DNA of 64,000 nt from Octopus bimaculoides (Eukaryota): positions 9,871,238-9,935,237 of the forward strand of contig NC_068990.1 of NCBI RefSeq assembly GCF_001194135.2, read 5' to 3'. Numbering within the stretch: the first letter of the stretch is position 1; each line of letters begins with the position of its first letter. Shown here piece after piece: positions 1 to 13,134 of this stretch. Below the pieces are notes generated by a model, which was not told the DNA's origin, did no database searches, and saw nothing but the letters and a program-made list of their open reading frames with translations. Made by a program: the position numbers and the translations under genes.

Positions 1-361
1 GTATCAATACCAGCAGATGACAACGTTTCTCTAAAAGAAATGGAAAAACTTTCAAAATACAAAGATCTGGAAATAGAGATAACTCGAATGTGGAATCTAA
101 AAACAAACAATTCCTATCATAGTAGGTGCCTTAGGTATAATAAAAAAAAATATTCAGACAAATACATAACAAAAACACCAGGATTTACAAATATATATAA
201 CATACAGAAAATTGCACACATTCTACGCACACATTCTACACATTCTACGCAAAACACTTTCAATACAGTAAACATAAGAGCACCACAGCACACAACCAAG
301 GCGCACAGAGCTGCGCTCGGTAGTGAAGTGAAAGCACGTTATAAAAATAAAACTACTGAAC

Positions 362-424
<63 letters not shown>
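1..424 (+). mobile_element. 3' end of R4/Dong-clade non-LTR retrotransposon (restriction-like endonuclease C-terminus, 3' UTR, (AAT)n tail)
   Basis: Frame 1 reads VSIPADDNVSLKEMEKLSKYKDLEIEITRMWNLKT. After a frameshift it reads TIPIIVGALGIIKK...IQKIA..HILRKTLSIQ*, matching the R4/Dong RLE tail pattern (D..IP.D..V..KE.EK..KY.DL..E....W....PII.GALG...ILRK.L). A short UTR and (AAT)21 follow. Confidence 0.85.
362..424 (+). repeat. (AAT)21 microsatellite / LINE tail
   Basis: Perfect AAT run read directly. Confidence 0.95.
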
Positions 425-884
425 CTCCATCCAATAAATTTGTTTCGTAATCCAAAATTTCTCCGAATTTATTATAATGACTGCGGGCTTGAAAAATCTG
501 AAACTACCAACAGCTGAATTAATAATTTCCTGAAGGTATCGCTTCTGCTACGACTTCAAATTTATTGAAAGGTAAGAAGTGGAAAAATTCAAAGAGGGCT
601 TCGCCAAAATCTCTAGTGCCTGTCCACAGGCTTTTCGGAATTACACACGGAGAGACAAAATAATGTTAACATCTTATTAAATGGACGTTATATGGATTTA
701 GTCAACTTTTGGCGTCATTCACAGATTTAACATCTCGCAAAACTGAATTGCTCTTATAGGTTCTAAAGGGATGCTAGGGAAATTGTGAGCCATTTTCACG
801 TAATAACTGCGTTAGATCTGTTGGGCTGTTAATTGTCATTCCGAAATTCACCACAAATGCTCGATTACAATCATATCCAATGGC

Positions 885-1030
885 TTTGTGTGTTTTTCTG
901 TACATATGTGTGTTTGTTTGCGCGTGTGTGTATTTGCATGTGTGTGAGTCATTGTGTGTGTGAGTGTGTGTGTGTTTGTGTATGTGAGTGTGAGTATGTG
1001 TGTGTTTGTGTATGTGTGTGTGTGTGTGTT
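885..1030. repeat. degenerate (TG)n microsatellite
   Basis: Alternating TG/TA/CG units; explains the CV-rich and HT-rich ORFs here. Confidence 0.9.
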
Positions 1031-2861
1031 TACATAGTTACATGTATGACTAGGTGTTCTTAATCTCACTTATGCTTGAGACCTCACCATTCAGTTTATT
1101 AGCAAAATGTTTTTTTTTATAATCCGCTTCAGGTTTAACTCACAACTAATGAAATTCGCTATACAAATATTACATCATCTGCGGTTTCAGTTCTATCCAG
1201 TGCCAAACTTTTTTTAGTTGCAAAATGAATGTGGGATGAGTATGTTGACAAATTACATGGACAGCAAATATACCCGTTCTACACAAGTTACAAGGTCGCT
1301 GACATCAATTCAAATATCAAAAATCTTATCGTTGTTTCAGCATCTGCGAAATGCCCATCTTCAAGCATGTATCAAACAGTTGATGCAATCTCGAACGGAA
1401 CAAATACATTGGTAGCACAATCGAACCAATGACATTTTTCTCAAAACTATTCTAGAATGCTCGTGAAGAAAACACTTCCAAGATGGCGGGTAACTTTCTA
1501 CATGCATACTATGTAGGAAGATATTTTTAATCAAGTTTATTTCAACAGATTAAACTGATGTCGGGAACTTCTGTTTCTTTCATAATTTATATTCTCGGAT
1601 TCGCCAGCCGCTTACTCAACCAATTATTTAAGTCTTTCGCCCAAATCTTATCAAGAAAAGAAAGCGATGAAATGCATATCTACGTCTGGAAACTTTTACT
1701 TTATATAGGTATCTACTGAACGCAAATATGATGGACAGATCGTATCAATAAAAGTGTAATTAAGGTCAAAGGTAGAGACATACTGACAACATGAAAACAA
1801 AGACAGACAAAAGAAAAAAAAATGAGCAAAAATCTTGATATTCGATCAGAAAGAAAGAAATACCTCATAAAAAGTAATTATTCTACTTAACAATTTGCTA
1901 TTCACGATAAATACTATGTAATTTGTTATTCACTATAAATCTCTTATATAAATCGGATATACAGACGACTGTTTAGATAGTACGAAGAAAAGGAAATAAA
2001 AACCTAAATGTATTTCAAATATTTAAAGAAATTAATTTCGTATAATGAATTTCTGTATTATATTTATTTACATTTCAAATTTTATTAGGAGCTAATATTC
2101 GTTTAATATATTAGATGTTTATAATTAAATGGTGTTTGTAAAATTTTGGCGAAATATTACTTGAAAGGTTTTATTTCATAAATTTATCGGATTAATATTT
2201 CACTTTGGGATGAAATTTCATTTTTAAAATTGTAAAATTAATAAAGTTACGAAGACGAAAGAAACTAAATGTTTTCAATGCAACATTTCCAATGGAAAAT
2301 TTCTCTATATCGCAATATTAAATATAATTCGAGGCTTACAATACATTAAATTCAAAACTTTTAATATTAAAATTTTTCACATAATTCGTATAATCTTATT
2401 CTTTTATGTATAAACTATATTCTTCGGAACATGCATGCAACTTTTCGGAATGCAATATATATATATAGTAAATTTACATACATGCATACACACAAGCACA
2501 AGTCCGAATATACACAGACAAACACTCGTACACACACAGCGTGTAATACACATATTTATACATGATGCCAATATTGGGTGAAAGTGAGCTTGTTGTGTTG
2601 CATGTGTGCCTCTGTGTGTGCTTGTGTATGCCTAATTAGCACGAATATGTTTATATGCGTGTATATATTTACTTTTATGCATTTCTTTTGTAAGATGCTG
2701 GATATAAAATCATATGTTGAAACAGGTGTTGTTATACTTGAAGGTGGTCATATTTTGCGAATTAAACACGTCCGCTTTATTATCATCACTTTAGTTTTGT
2801 CATATCTGAATATATACAGGTAACAAATATGCATATATGCACATATATGCATATGTACATG

Positions 2862-2869
2862 TCTCTCTC

Positions 2870-2951
<82 letters not shown>
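2862..2951. repeat. compound (CT)n-(AT)n microsatellite
   Basis: Read directly. Confidence 0.95.
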
Positions 2952-2952
<1 letters not shown>

Positions 2953-5574
2953 GACTAAGCACGAATTAAATTAAGCTGACGTGTGTGGAAATAAAGCTTT
3001 ACGGCAGGGATACAAGATTTCACAGGCACAAGGAGGGAAATCGATGTTGCACGCACAACGGCCGGCCAAGAAAGAAATATCTGGCTTGGCCGAACGCCGG
3101 TCACATGAGGAGAGAAGAGGGAGAAGTAGAAGCAGAGGGACATAAGAATTAAGGTGGGGGGTGAAAAATCACAGGGACACAGTGAAGTGAGCAAGAAGAA
3201 AGAGAAGGCAAGGAAATGTGAGCGAGGGGGAACAAGAGAACGAAGAGTGGAATGAACGAAAAAGGGTGAAGGGACTGATAGACAGAAAAAGAGTCGTACA
3301 AGATTTAGAAAAATGTGTAGTTAAATATGAGAGACCAAAGTGTACCTACGCTGCTATATATATATATATATGTATGTATACAAAATGGGACAAGAACGCT
3401 AAACGTCCAGACAGTTAGGTATGTTGTGGCATAAAATATATCTTAAAAACAGTTTTTTTAATAAAATTCGATATAATATACTTCATTGTAGAAGAATATG
3501 AAATTATATTACGAATCCATTAGTAAGAAATATGAAATGATTTCGTTGGTGAAATATATTTTGTGTACTTTAATAATTGGCAGTAAAGAATTTTACAGCT
3601 TTCTCAAGAAATGGACATACGTGTCAGCAACAGTATATCTGTAATGTGCGTTGAAGAGAGACACTGTTATCACATATTTCACTCCTATAGCATGTTGCAA
3701 GCCTGCAAAAACTGGCAACATGAATATGAAAATCATATTTAGAGACGACGGTTTACACAGGTTCAAAATTAACAGAAACATATATGCGTATCACATTCTC
3801 TTTTTACGTTATCTATAATCCTGATTCTCTTTTCATTTATTTTCTTATGGTGCATGCTGTAAAGAAGCACAAAAGTTATTCTTTCCAAAGTAAATAAAAG
3901 CAGGCGTAGAAATACAATAACAAATTCGGTTTTAAAAAATGCCACTCGCCTTAAGCTTTCGTTTATTATTTTAACAGATGTGAAATAAATACAGCGTTGA
4001 AGTGTAAAATTTTATGCGTGTAAAGTATTTTTAAATTGCGCTAATACATCTAAAATTCAATTTAAGGAACGACATATTAAATTTCATTGAGTATTAAGTA
4101 CGATGAAACGTATGATTATCTGATCCATAAAATATTTACATTTTAACTATCCATGTATGTGCGAAATCCATAGGTGATATCTATTATATATATATATATA
4201 TATATNNNNNNNNNNNNNNNNNNNNNNNNNNNNNNNNNNNNNNNNNNNNNNNNNNNNNNNNNNNNNNNNNNNNNNNNNNNNNNNNNNNNNNNNNNNNNNN
4301 NNNNNNNNNNNNNNNNNNNNNNNNNNNNNNNNNNNNNNNNNNNNNNNNNNNNNNNNNNNNNNNNNNNNNNNNNNNNNNNNNNNNNNNNNNNNNNNNNNNN
4401 NNNNNNNNNNNNNNNNNNNNNNNNNNNNNNNNNNNNNNNNNNNNNNNNNNNNNNNNNNNNNNNNNNNNNNNNNNNNNNNNNNNNNNNNNNNNNNNNNNNN
4501 NNNNNNNNNNNNNNNNNNNNNNNNNNTATATATAGATATATATATGTATATATATATATGTACATGGATATATATGCCTATACATACAGATATGTGTATG
4601 TGTGTGTAAATTTTAATGTACATATGTGTATGCAAAGATGTATAAATCTTCATTAGGAATTAATAGCCCTTGCAGAAAATTAGGAATCCAATGAATCTTA
4701 ACGACCATTTTGGTTGTTCTATTTATTACTTATCCTTACGGCACGCTGTCATTATCTCTCTTTTGATGCGCTCATATACGCAAATAACCACCGTGTGCAT
4801 ACGTCCCTGAAATATGTATTCAGTGGCTACATTATAAATTTCTAGCTTATGCTTGCGTTTGACGCGATTCCACAAGAGATGGCGTGATAATGTTATTACA
4901 TCATGCCGGTTATGTTATTTGGGATATGGATCATATTTTGGGGTCGTAATGGGATATATATACTTGATATCTTCAGAGCAATCAAGATTTATAATATTGA
5001 GTTGTTTTAATAATTTTACACACAAAACCATTATACGTTTCAGTTATCGCTCTCCCGATGACATTTAAAATTCACTGATTTATGTATATTTCTATATACA
5101 CACACAACCGTACTCCAATTTATGTATGCATAAAACTATGTGTGAGTGTGTGTGTGTTTATATATACACATATCTGCATACTTAGAAACACACACACACA
5201 TATATATATATATAAATAAATANNNNNNNNNNNNNNNNNNNNNNNNNNNNNNNNNNNNNNNNNNNNNNNNNNNNNNNNNNNNNNNNNNNNNNNNNNNNNN
5301 NNNNNNNNNNNNNNNNNNNNNNNNNNNNNNNNNNNNNNNNNNNNNNNNNNNNNNNNNNNNNNNNNNNNNNNNNNNNNNNNNNNNNNNNNNNNNNNNNNNN
5401 NNNNNNNNNNNNNNNNNNNNNNNNNNNNNNNNNNNNNNNNNNNNNNNNNNNNNNNNNNNNNNNNNNNNNNNNNNNNNNNNNNNNNNNNNNNNNNNNNNNN
5501 NNNNNNNNNNNNNNNNNNNNNNNNNNNNNNNNNNNNNNNNNNNNNNNNNNNNNNNNNNNNNNNNNNNNNNNNNN

Positions 5575-5606
<32 letters not shown>

Positions 5607-5751
5607 GTATAACTGCTCCCTTTCTTATGTTAGTGTGTGTGTATCTCTCTCTATGTATATATATATGCATATATATATGCACGTATATACATGTACATGC
5701 GCACGCATAAATACAGATGCACTTATACATCTGTGGATATACGTTAATCTC

Positions 5752-5813
5752 TGTATGGTTATAACATGATGGGTGTTCAGGCATTGGTTGGTTTACGGTC
5801 AATCATATCTCTA
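5752..5813 (+). repeat. 62-bp direct repeat, copy 1 (copy 2 at 7858-7919)
   Basis: TGTATGGTTATAACATGATGGGtGTTCAGGCATtGGTTGGTTTACGGTCAATcATATCTCTA; 3 mismatches to copy 2. Confidence 0.95.
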
Positions 5814-5819
5814 GAAGTG

Positions 5820-6240
5820 TCTTCTCTCCATTAACAAATCTACTCTTAATCGTCTTGCTTATTACTTCAATTGTATGATAAGGTGAAAACCATGATTTCC
5901 CTAATCTATGGCACAGAATATTTTGTTTGGCTTTGTGAGCCTATGCTAATCATCATGAACAGTATCACGACGTACTTTGCATGATTTGTTGAAATCGAAA
6001 TTACTTCGTTCTTAAGCCAGCCAGTGATAGGAATGTGGTAACTCAGGTATATTTCAGGGAGAGGAATTAGAGGTCTCATTCTTGCAAATTGTCAGATTAT
6101 ATACGAGACAAAATTGTTGGTTAATCTTCCAGGATGTTGATTGTTCTGGGAACAGTTTGGAGATATTAACAACCACATATTAAGTGAGCACTTTGCACAT
6201 TTGCAGCGAGGTCGTTCAGTAAAACATAACTAAAGTTTGC
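5820..6240 (-). mobile_element. possible heavily decayed Penelope-like GIY-YIG endonuclease relic
   Basis: Minus strand gives fragments TERPRCKCAKC and STSWKINQQFCLVYNLTICK, resembling the C..C region and the 'VIY.I.C..C' segment of PLE endonucleases. It is frameshifted and recognised by eye only. Confidence 0.3.
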
Positions 6241-7857
6241 TTGCCATATATATATATTTATTAGTTTGTGATATCACGTTTTTATTATTTATTATATTGG
6301 GTTATCGAGTGAGTAAAAGAGAGACTCCATGAGGAAATAGCAGAAACGATACTGTATAATTTAGACCGAGCTGTTTATCTTTGACAACATAGTTTTTTAA
6401 TGCCATTATCGTTAGCGATATCATAAATGTCACAACACTCGCCGGTTGCGTGTCCCTGGATGATTGCTGTATTAAAGATTTAATTAACTTCTAGTATAGG
6501 AGTGATATCACATTATTTGTAATTTTGTGATATCACATTGCGCTAGGAGTGTGCAGGCAGATAGAACATGGATATTTTGTTCTGCATACCACCTAATAAC
6601 GAGAGTGGATGTGGGCCTTAAAGGGAACTTGTTCGACACAACATACACATATACACTTTCACTTGAAGTTGACAATGTTGGCTAAGTTGGTGTTGTTGCG
6701 ATTGGCTTCACATTCTTTAAGTTAGTAGAAACCTAAATACGGTCGTGAGATTATGATGTTTGTATTTGTAATAACTGTAATATATATATATATATATATA
6801 TATACATAATTAAGATTATACATATACACATATGTTGTGTATATCTTTTTCTTTGCTTATATGGGGATAACCTAAAGTTTGATACTAAGCAACATATCGA
6901 TTATTCAATTTATGTTCTGACGAGAAACTGACTTAAATGATATGACAGCAATAATTTATCATGAAATATTACAAGATAACTTATTATAGTTAGTTAGGTG
7001 GTGGCGTTAATAGCCATCACACCGTAAATGCGTTTTCCTACTCGGACCTATATTAATGTGCACCAAACGTGCTAACAGTTCAACAAAGCAAGAACAGCAA
7101 TAATATGTAGATAAATGAGATTTTAGTATTAAATGATACGTTAGATAGATTTGATCGTTTCACCTTGTAACCTGTCGTACTAGAAGTTCATTTTGAAATA
7201 GGTAGCATGGTTCTTGGTCAGACTTTATTTATGATTAATATCAGTGATAATAAGTAATTGACAGTTACAGCGAAGAAATTGATTTGGAAGCGGGATCTTT
7301 ATTGTCGTTATTTAATGTCTTCGAAACGTATTTAGCGTGCACTTTTGTTCTTTGAGTCAGTATATTCATTTAGCATCCATGCTTTGTTGTAGAATGGACA
7401 GAAACCAATGTGTATAACTTAAAATATAAATAAATTCCAAGTTTTAGAGAGGCCAGATAGGTCGACTTAAAGATCAGTTGTATCTAGGAACACACAGTTT
7501 GATGGACATTTAGGGCCTAATAAAGAACTCTTAAGGAACATTATCACTTTTCTTTAATTCATATTTTAATGTGCCTTAGCATACATTCAAATATATATGC
7601 ATATGTATATAAACATACATACATACATACATGCATACATACATACATACAAACATGCAGCTAATTTCCCTTGGTAAGATATGTGGATATCTCAGATGTT
7701 TTTCTCATATATACTGTATACTGATTTTCATATATGTTTCATATATATATAATAAATATTTTTCATGTATTATATATTATAATTTCTTACATTAATAAAA
7801 AAACAGCTTATTAAAGAACACTGTTATTTACAATCTCCTTTCTGATGAGATTGATTA

Positions 7858-7919
7858 TGTATGGTTATAACATGATGGGAGTTCAGGCATCGGTTGGTTT
7901 ACGGTCAATGATATCTCTA
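7858..7919 (+). repeat. 62-bp direct repeat, copy 2
   Basis: 59/62 identical to 5752-5813; lies immediately upstream of the Penelope-like relic. Confidence 0.95.
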
Positions 7920-7929
7920 ATGTTAATGT

Positions 7930-9130
7930 ATCCACCGAAACATATATGGGCGATATAAGTGATTTAAAACAGTTTGAAGCAGACTTCTGGTCTGTTGTTA
8001 AGAATGTTAAATGCCATCGTTCCTCCTTAAGGAATACACGTCTGAGATATTTACATAATATTACCAAGGAAATTAACAACATGGAAGGTCTACTTGTTCA
8101 ATCGGGTGAAACCGGTGACCTTGGTCACTAAATACGGAAGTTACTTAAAATTACTCAGGAAGGAAATACAAAAAAATATGCTGGTAAAAATGCTTTCAGG
8201 AAAGCTAACCTGGAAGCTAAGAAAATAATGGAGAAATATAAATTACAAATGAAGACCGAACCTTTAAATCCAATGCAACCCAGTTTTATTTTAAAGTCGT
8301 ATCTGTTCTTCCAGTTCTGATATCGGTATAATTTGCAAAAATATTCTTGATAAGTGTATTCCTTCTTTAACGAAAACACGTAAACTTAATTTATCGTCTA
8401 ATACATTCCAGGTAGTAGACTGGTTCGACTCTGTTTATAATAATCTAATGAATAGATTTATCTAGTTTGAAATTTTATACTTATTATTCCTCTGTTAATC
8501 CCATCATTCTTAATAAAGCCCTATCGTTCGCGCATAATAAATCTGGTCTGACCCCGAGATGAAATTATTGTTGTTTTAGCAGGAAGAAAATCTGTTATCA
8601 AATTTCATAATAAATTTCTTGTTCGAAAAGATAGACCTGATTGATTTGATATAACAATTGGAGCAAGTGACTCGGCCCAAGTTTCTTATCCGCTATTTAT
8701 ATTCTATCCGAAATGGGTGACCAATTCCCATATATGGTGTTCTTTATTTCCAAAATATCTGAAATCAAGATTTACAAAATGTTAAAAATAATCTATTTAA
8801 ATTCTTCAGTAATACGGGCTTAAGTACTAGTTTTGATGATGATAGAACGAGTGTTTATTTCCTTGGCCTTACACTCAACATAAATACAACTTCGTATTTT
8901 CCATACTATAAACCGTGAACCAATCAGTTTTTTATCAGGTTTTTTAAACCATTCAGTTTTTATCAGTTTTTTTAGAAATCATCCTACAAATATAGCAAAA
9001 AATCTAGTTAAAAACATTTTGCTTAGATTCTCTAAATTATCTGCTAACGTTATCATTTTAAATAATGATGCTGACTTCTATAAATCGTCTTTATCCAAGG
9101 CAGGATATAAGGGGCAAATTAAATTTTATA
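7930..9130 (+). mobile_element. decayed Penelope-like element (PLE), reverse transcriptase region
   Basis: Collinear fragments across frameshifts and stops: DLKQFEADFWSVVKNVK; LLVQSGETGDL (ADKT.NLY-like); SDIGIICKNILDK; VVDWFDSV; FDITIGASDSAQVS (FDVTMGSYDGAEVC-like); FLGLTLNINTTSYFPYYKP; NHPTNIAKNLVKNILLRFSKLS...YKSSLSKAGYK. Confidence 0.8.
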
Positions 9131-9434
9131 TATCCTCTGATCCTAGTTTAACCTCTAATAATCAAGTCGAGAATAGCTATACTACTAATAATAATAATAG
9201 TAATACACATAATGTTTCTTCCATAGGTAATGATTGAGAAAATAACTCCTTTTATCGAAATATTAAAAAAAAGCTAATGTTGTTAAATTTAAAAATAAAC
9301 AGTCTACGGGAGATAACTATAATTCCCCACTCTTTTTCTGTAAAAAAAAACTCAAGGATTTTAATGTGAAATCCCCCTAGAAATGTCATGACTCTAGTAA
9401 AACTTTTGCATCTATCTCTCTATCTATCTCCTGT

Positions 9435-9498
<64 letters not shown>

Positions 9499-9501
<3 letters not shown>

Positions 9502-10495
9502 GGCAAGGACCTGTGAATAAATTATCGTCGAAATTACACAATAATCAAAATAAAACTGACATCTCATTTTAACAAATATATTTCCCAAAATTACAAAATT
9601 ACAGTAAAATGTATTCAATAAAATCGCCATTGGCTGCAACCACGGCCATCAGTCAACTCGGAATATCATGCCGCTCTTCTGGACGGTCTTCTTGTTTAAG
9701 TTAGTGAGTGCTGTCATAAGCCTTCCTTTCAGTTCCTCTTTTATGTTACAAGGAGTTCTATTGGTCTCTCGCTCAACTGCGGCCCACACATAATAATCAA
9801 TGAGATTGCAGGGTGGGGCGTTAGCTGGCCAGATGTTAGGAGTGATGTCTGACAGCCATGATTAAGTCCTCCTTCTTGTGTGGCATGGTGCTGAATGTTG
9901 TTGCCAGTCGTAGGGTCTTCCGCAGTCACCCCCTTCATCCAGGGCAATACTACCTGCCCCAGACACTTTATGTAGGCTTCCGTGTTGAGTCTGAGGTGAA
10001 GTGGGAAGATGAATAGTGATCAATCCAAACACTATGATGTTCATTGGGTGTCTGATTTTCATCACTCTCAGTACATGTTTTGGGGACACTGCAGGCTAAG
10101 GGTTGTTCTGTGTGTTCACCATCTAATCCTGGCAGAGTATTTTCTCGTCTGATAAAATCCAGAACATGTTCGGTTCGAGGGCATGCTTTAAATCATTGAA
10201 ATGCTTCCTAGGGCAGTCTTTCCTCTTGTGTTTGATGGTTTGGAATAAAAATCGGCTCTTTCTAATTTTGTATGAGGAATACCTAATTACTTCATGCCTG
10301 ATAAGAAACCCAGATACTCCCATGTCCCTGGTGATCAATATGATTGACTTAAAGGGATCATTGACAATCATGGCTTGGATCTCACCAACAAATTCAGGAA
10401 TTCTTTTCTTATCCGAACGATCAGAGTGAGACATCCGAGTTGCCATGCCTTCATAATCACCATTAAACTCATTCAACTCTTTCCGAGTCATCTAT
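9499..10495 (-). mobile_element. decayed Tc1/mariner (maT/DD37D-like) transposon, 3' part with terminal repeat
   Basis: Minus strand: RSDKKRIPEFVGEIQAMIVNDP...SDEK; WQQHSAPCHTRRRT; WPANAPPCNLIDYYVWAAVERETNRTPCN...VAANGDFIE. Ends at TA|CAGGG (9497-9503). The 5' end is lost in the gap. The catalytic triad spacing cannot be verified. Confidence 0.85.
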
Positions 10496-13096
10496 AATAT
10501 ANNNNNNNNNNNNNNNNNNNNNNNNNNNNNNNNNNNNNNNNNNNNNNNNNNNNNNNNNNNNNNNNNNNNNNNNNNNNNNNNNNNNNNNNNNNNNNNNNNN
10601 NNNNNNNNNNNNNNNNNNNNNNNNNNNNNNNNNNNNNNNNNNNNNNNNNNNNNNNNNNNNNNNNNNNNNNNNNNNNNNNNNNNNNNNNNNNNNNNNNNNN
10701 NNNNNNNNNNNNNNNNNNNNNNNNNNNNNNNNNNNNNNNNNNNNNNNNNNNNNNNNNNNNNNNNNNNNNNNNNNNNNNNNNNNNNNNNNNNNNNNNNNNN
10801 NNNNNNNNNNNNNNNNNNNNNNNNNNNNNNNNNNNNNNNNNNNNNNNNNNNNNNNNNNNNNNNNNNNNNNNNNNNNNNNNNNNNNNNNNNNNNNNNNNNN
10901 NNNNNNNNNNNNNNNNNNNNNNNNNNNNNNNNNNNNNNNNNNNNNNNNNNNNNNNNNNNNNNNNNNNNNNNNNNNNNNNNNNNNNNNNTATATGTATGTA
11001 TGTATTACATGCGTGTATGTGTGTGTATGTGTGTGTGTATATGTGTGTCTGTGTGCACTCATATGCGTATGTAATTATAGATGTGTACATGCAATTACAA
11101 GAGTCATATGAAATGGTTTCTAATATAGCTGACGGCGTGGGGAGGTGTTTTACAAGGAATAATTTCCGTAGAATCGGGCGTGTTCTTATAAACTTTTATG
11201 GTACTTCATGAATGGTTCCAAAATGAAATAGACTCCAAACATTTAAGACGCATTTAAAATTAATTCTTAGGTAATAGAAACCTATTATTTCTTTGTCACT
11301 CTTCGCAGGCGTTTAGTAATATGATTGTTAGGAAGCCTTTGATACGAGACATCATTAATCGGTATGAAAATGTGTTCATGTTTCCATATTTTTTATATGC
11401 TGTATTAAGTCAATTTATTCTTTCCCATGACAACTGCATAAATTAGTGAAGGAGCAGTCTATTTCAGTATAGATTGGAGTCTTTTAAAATGTTTCCCTAT
11501 TAAAATATATCATATATGATGTAACTGCTCATATTTTTTATTTCATATTAACGAACGACTATTCCCATATTCATTTCTATGCTTCAATTTCGCTTGCCTT
11601 AGGCACTGACAGTACATTTCTGTATAAGCTGTAGATTCGTGTTTTCTGCTGTAACATCCCACTGGTTCCCCCACGCCTATTACTGCATTGCTCAGTCTTC
11701 GAGTTATTCAACTGCGAGATCTTTTTTTTTTTTTGTTCTGCAAGCCCCCAAAACATGACTGCATGAAACGGAATATTGCCGTTTTTACTGACTGTCTGTC
11801 GACACCAAATGTTAGACTCCGCAAAGGAATCATTCACTCAGCCGGCCATCAAATTACGCAGAGCTGGTAACAATGCACTGGTGTTAACAACTTTCTTCTT
11901 AAGCTACTTTAAGTCGAAATCTGCATAGAAAGTACAATGAGACAGGTGGTTGGCTTCCGAACTAGATATGAGCAGTGCCCATTGTTCGGCCTATGTTCCC
12001 AGGAACTGTGGGTTATTTCGAACTCCCTAAAAGTTCTATCATGAGACACAACTACATGTATATCCTTTTGTCCTGAGAATTCTGACGCGGAAGATGAAAC
12101 AGACAACTGAAGAAGAGTTTTGGGATATTCAGATGACAGGTGGACACTAAGGACGAAATTTCAATAACAGGAAAGTCATTCAGCAACCGATATTTATAAT
12201 ATTCACATTACGTGGCTTTCATAAGGAAAATCAACTCAGTCCGGCATATCGCATTGCGTTACAGAGGATGGAGTGATCGGACGCAAATACTTAATTCACT
12301 GTGTAGGCTCTACTCTGATAAGTACTTGGTTGTTTGAGTAAAACCGAGAATACAGACAATGATATAATCTCGATATTTAATATAACTTACTGCAATTATA
12401 TTTCTTAACATTCTGAAATATATCCTTATTTCGGAACACTAGGATTCGAGTGAACTTTTATTAGATATTTCCAATTATACGCTTTCACGTGTTTCCCTGT
12501 AGTATTGTGTAGCTTCCTTTATTCATTACTTTATTCATTTCTATATTTCCTTCTATCTTACTATTTTCTTTTGCTCATATACATCACAGATTATTAAGTA
12601 TGCTCCTTTGTGTTAGCACTTTAATCAGTTATTGAAGTTCTTCCCAATTTTAATACTATTACCACCTACTCACATACGTACTTTTATCTTATTTCTAATT
12701 TAAATATTACTTATACTTTCTTGGCTTGTTTCGGTTATATACAATTTAAAAGCGGAAATCCAACGGATTACACATTATTTAGATATGAAAGTTTGCAGAC
12801 GGTATTTCGAAATTTAATGAATATGCTTCCATATACACGTCATACCATTTCTTGAGCGTATTGATTATTCTGTCCCTTCTCCTTACTATATTTTCAAGAA
12901 ATATTAGATATTAAATAAATAATTATTGCTGTAACTTGTGAATCATTTTATGGTGAAAACAAATCATGTTTTGAAACAAACGCGTGGATATACATACATA
13001 CGTACATACATACGTGCATACATACTCATACACACAGTGACACACACATATTTACATATATCAATCATACAAGTACGTATATAGACGCATAGAGGT

Positions 13097-13134
<38 letters not shown>

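Noticed and set aside
425-830. Weak resemblance to a Tigger/pogo C-terminus and a strong-looking donor AAG|GTAAGA (~571)
   Set aside because: No consistent frame or diagnostic motif; the candidate exon has stops in all frames.
1170-1650. Two overlapping ~65-aa ORFs suggesting formerly coding DNA
   Set aside because: No family could be assigned by eye.
7831-7945. CTGATGA at 7842 and GAAAC at ~7936 as a hammerhead
   Set aside because: No stem II connects them; CTGATGA instead overlaps a CAATCTC/GAGATTG hairpin.
11570-12130. piggyBac-like hints (acidic N-terminal-like patch; Cys-rich tail-like patch)
   Set aside because: The hints fall on opposite strands and no catalytic motifs or TTAA-bounded ends were found.
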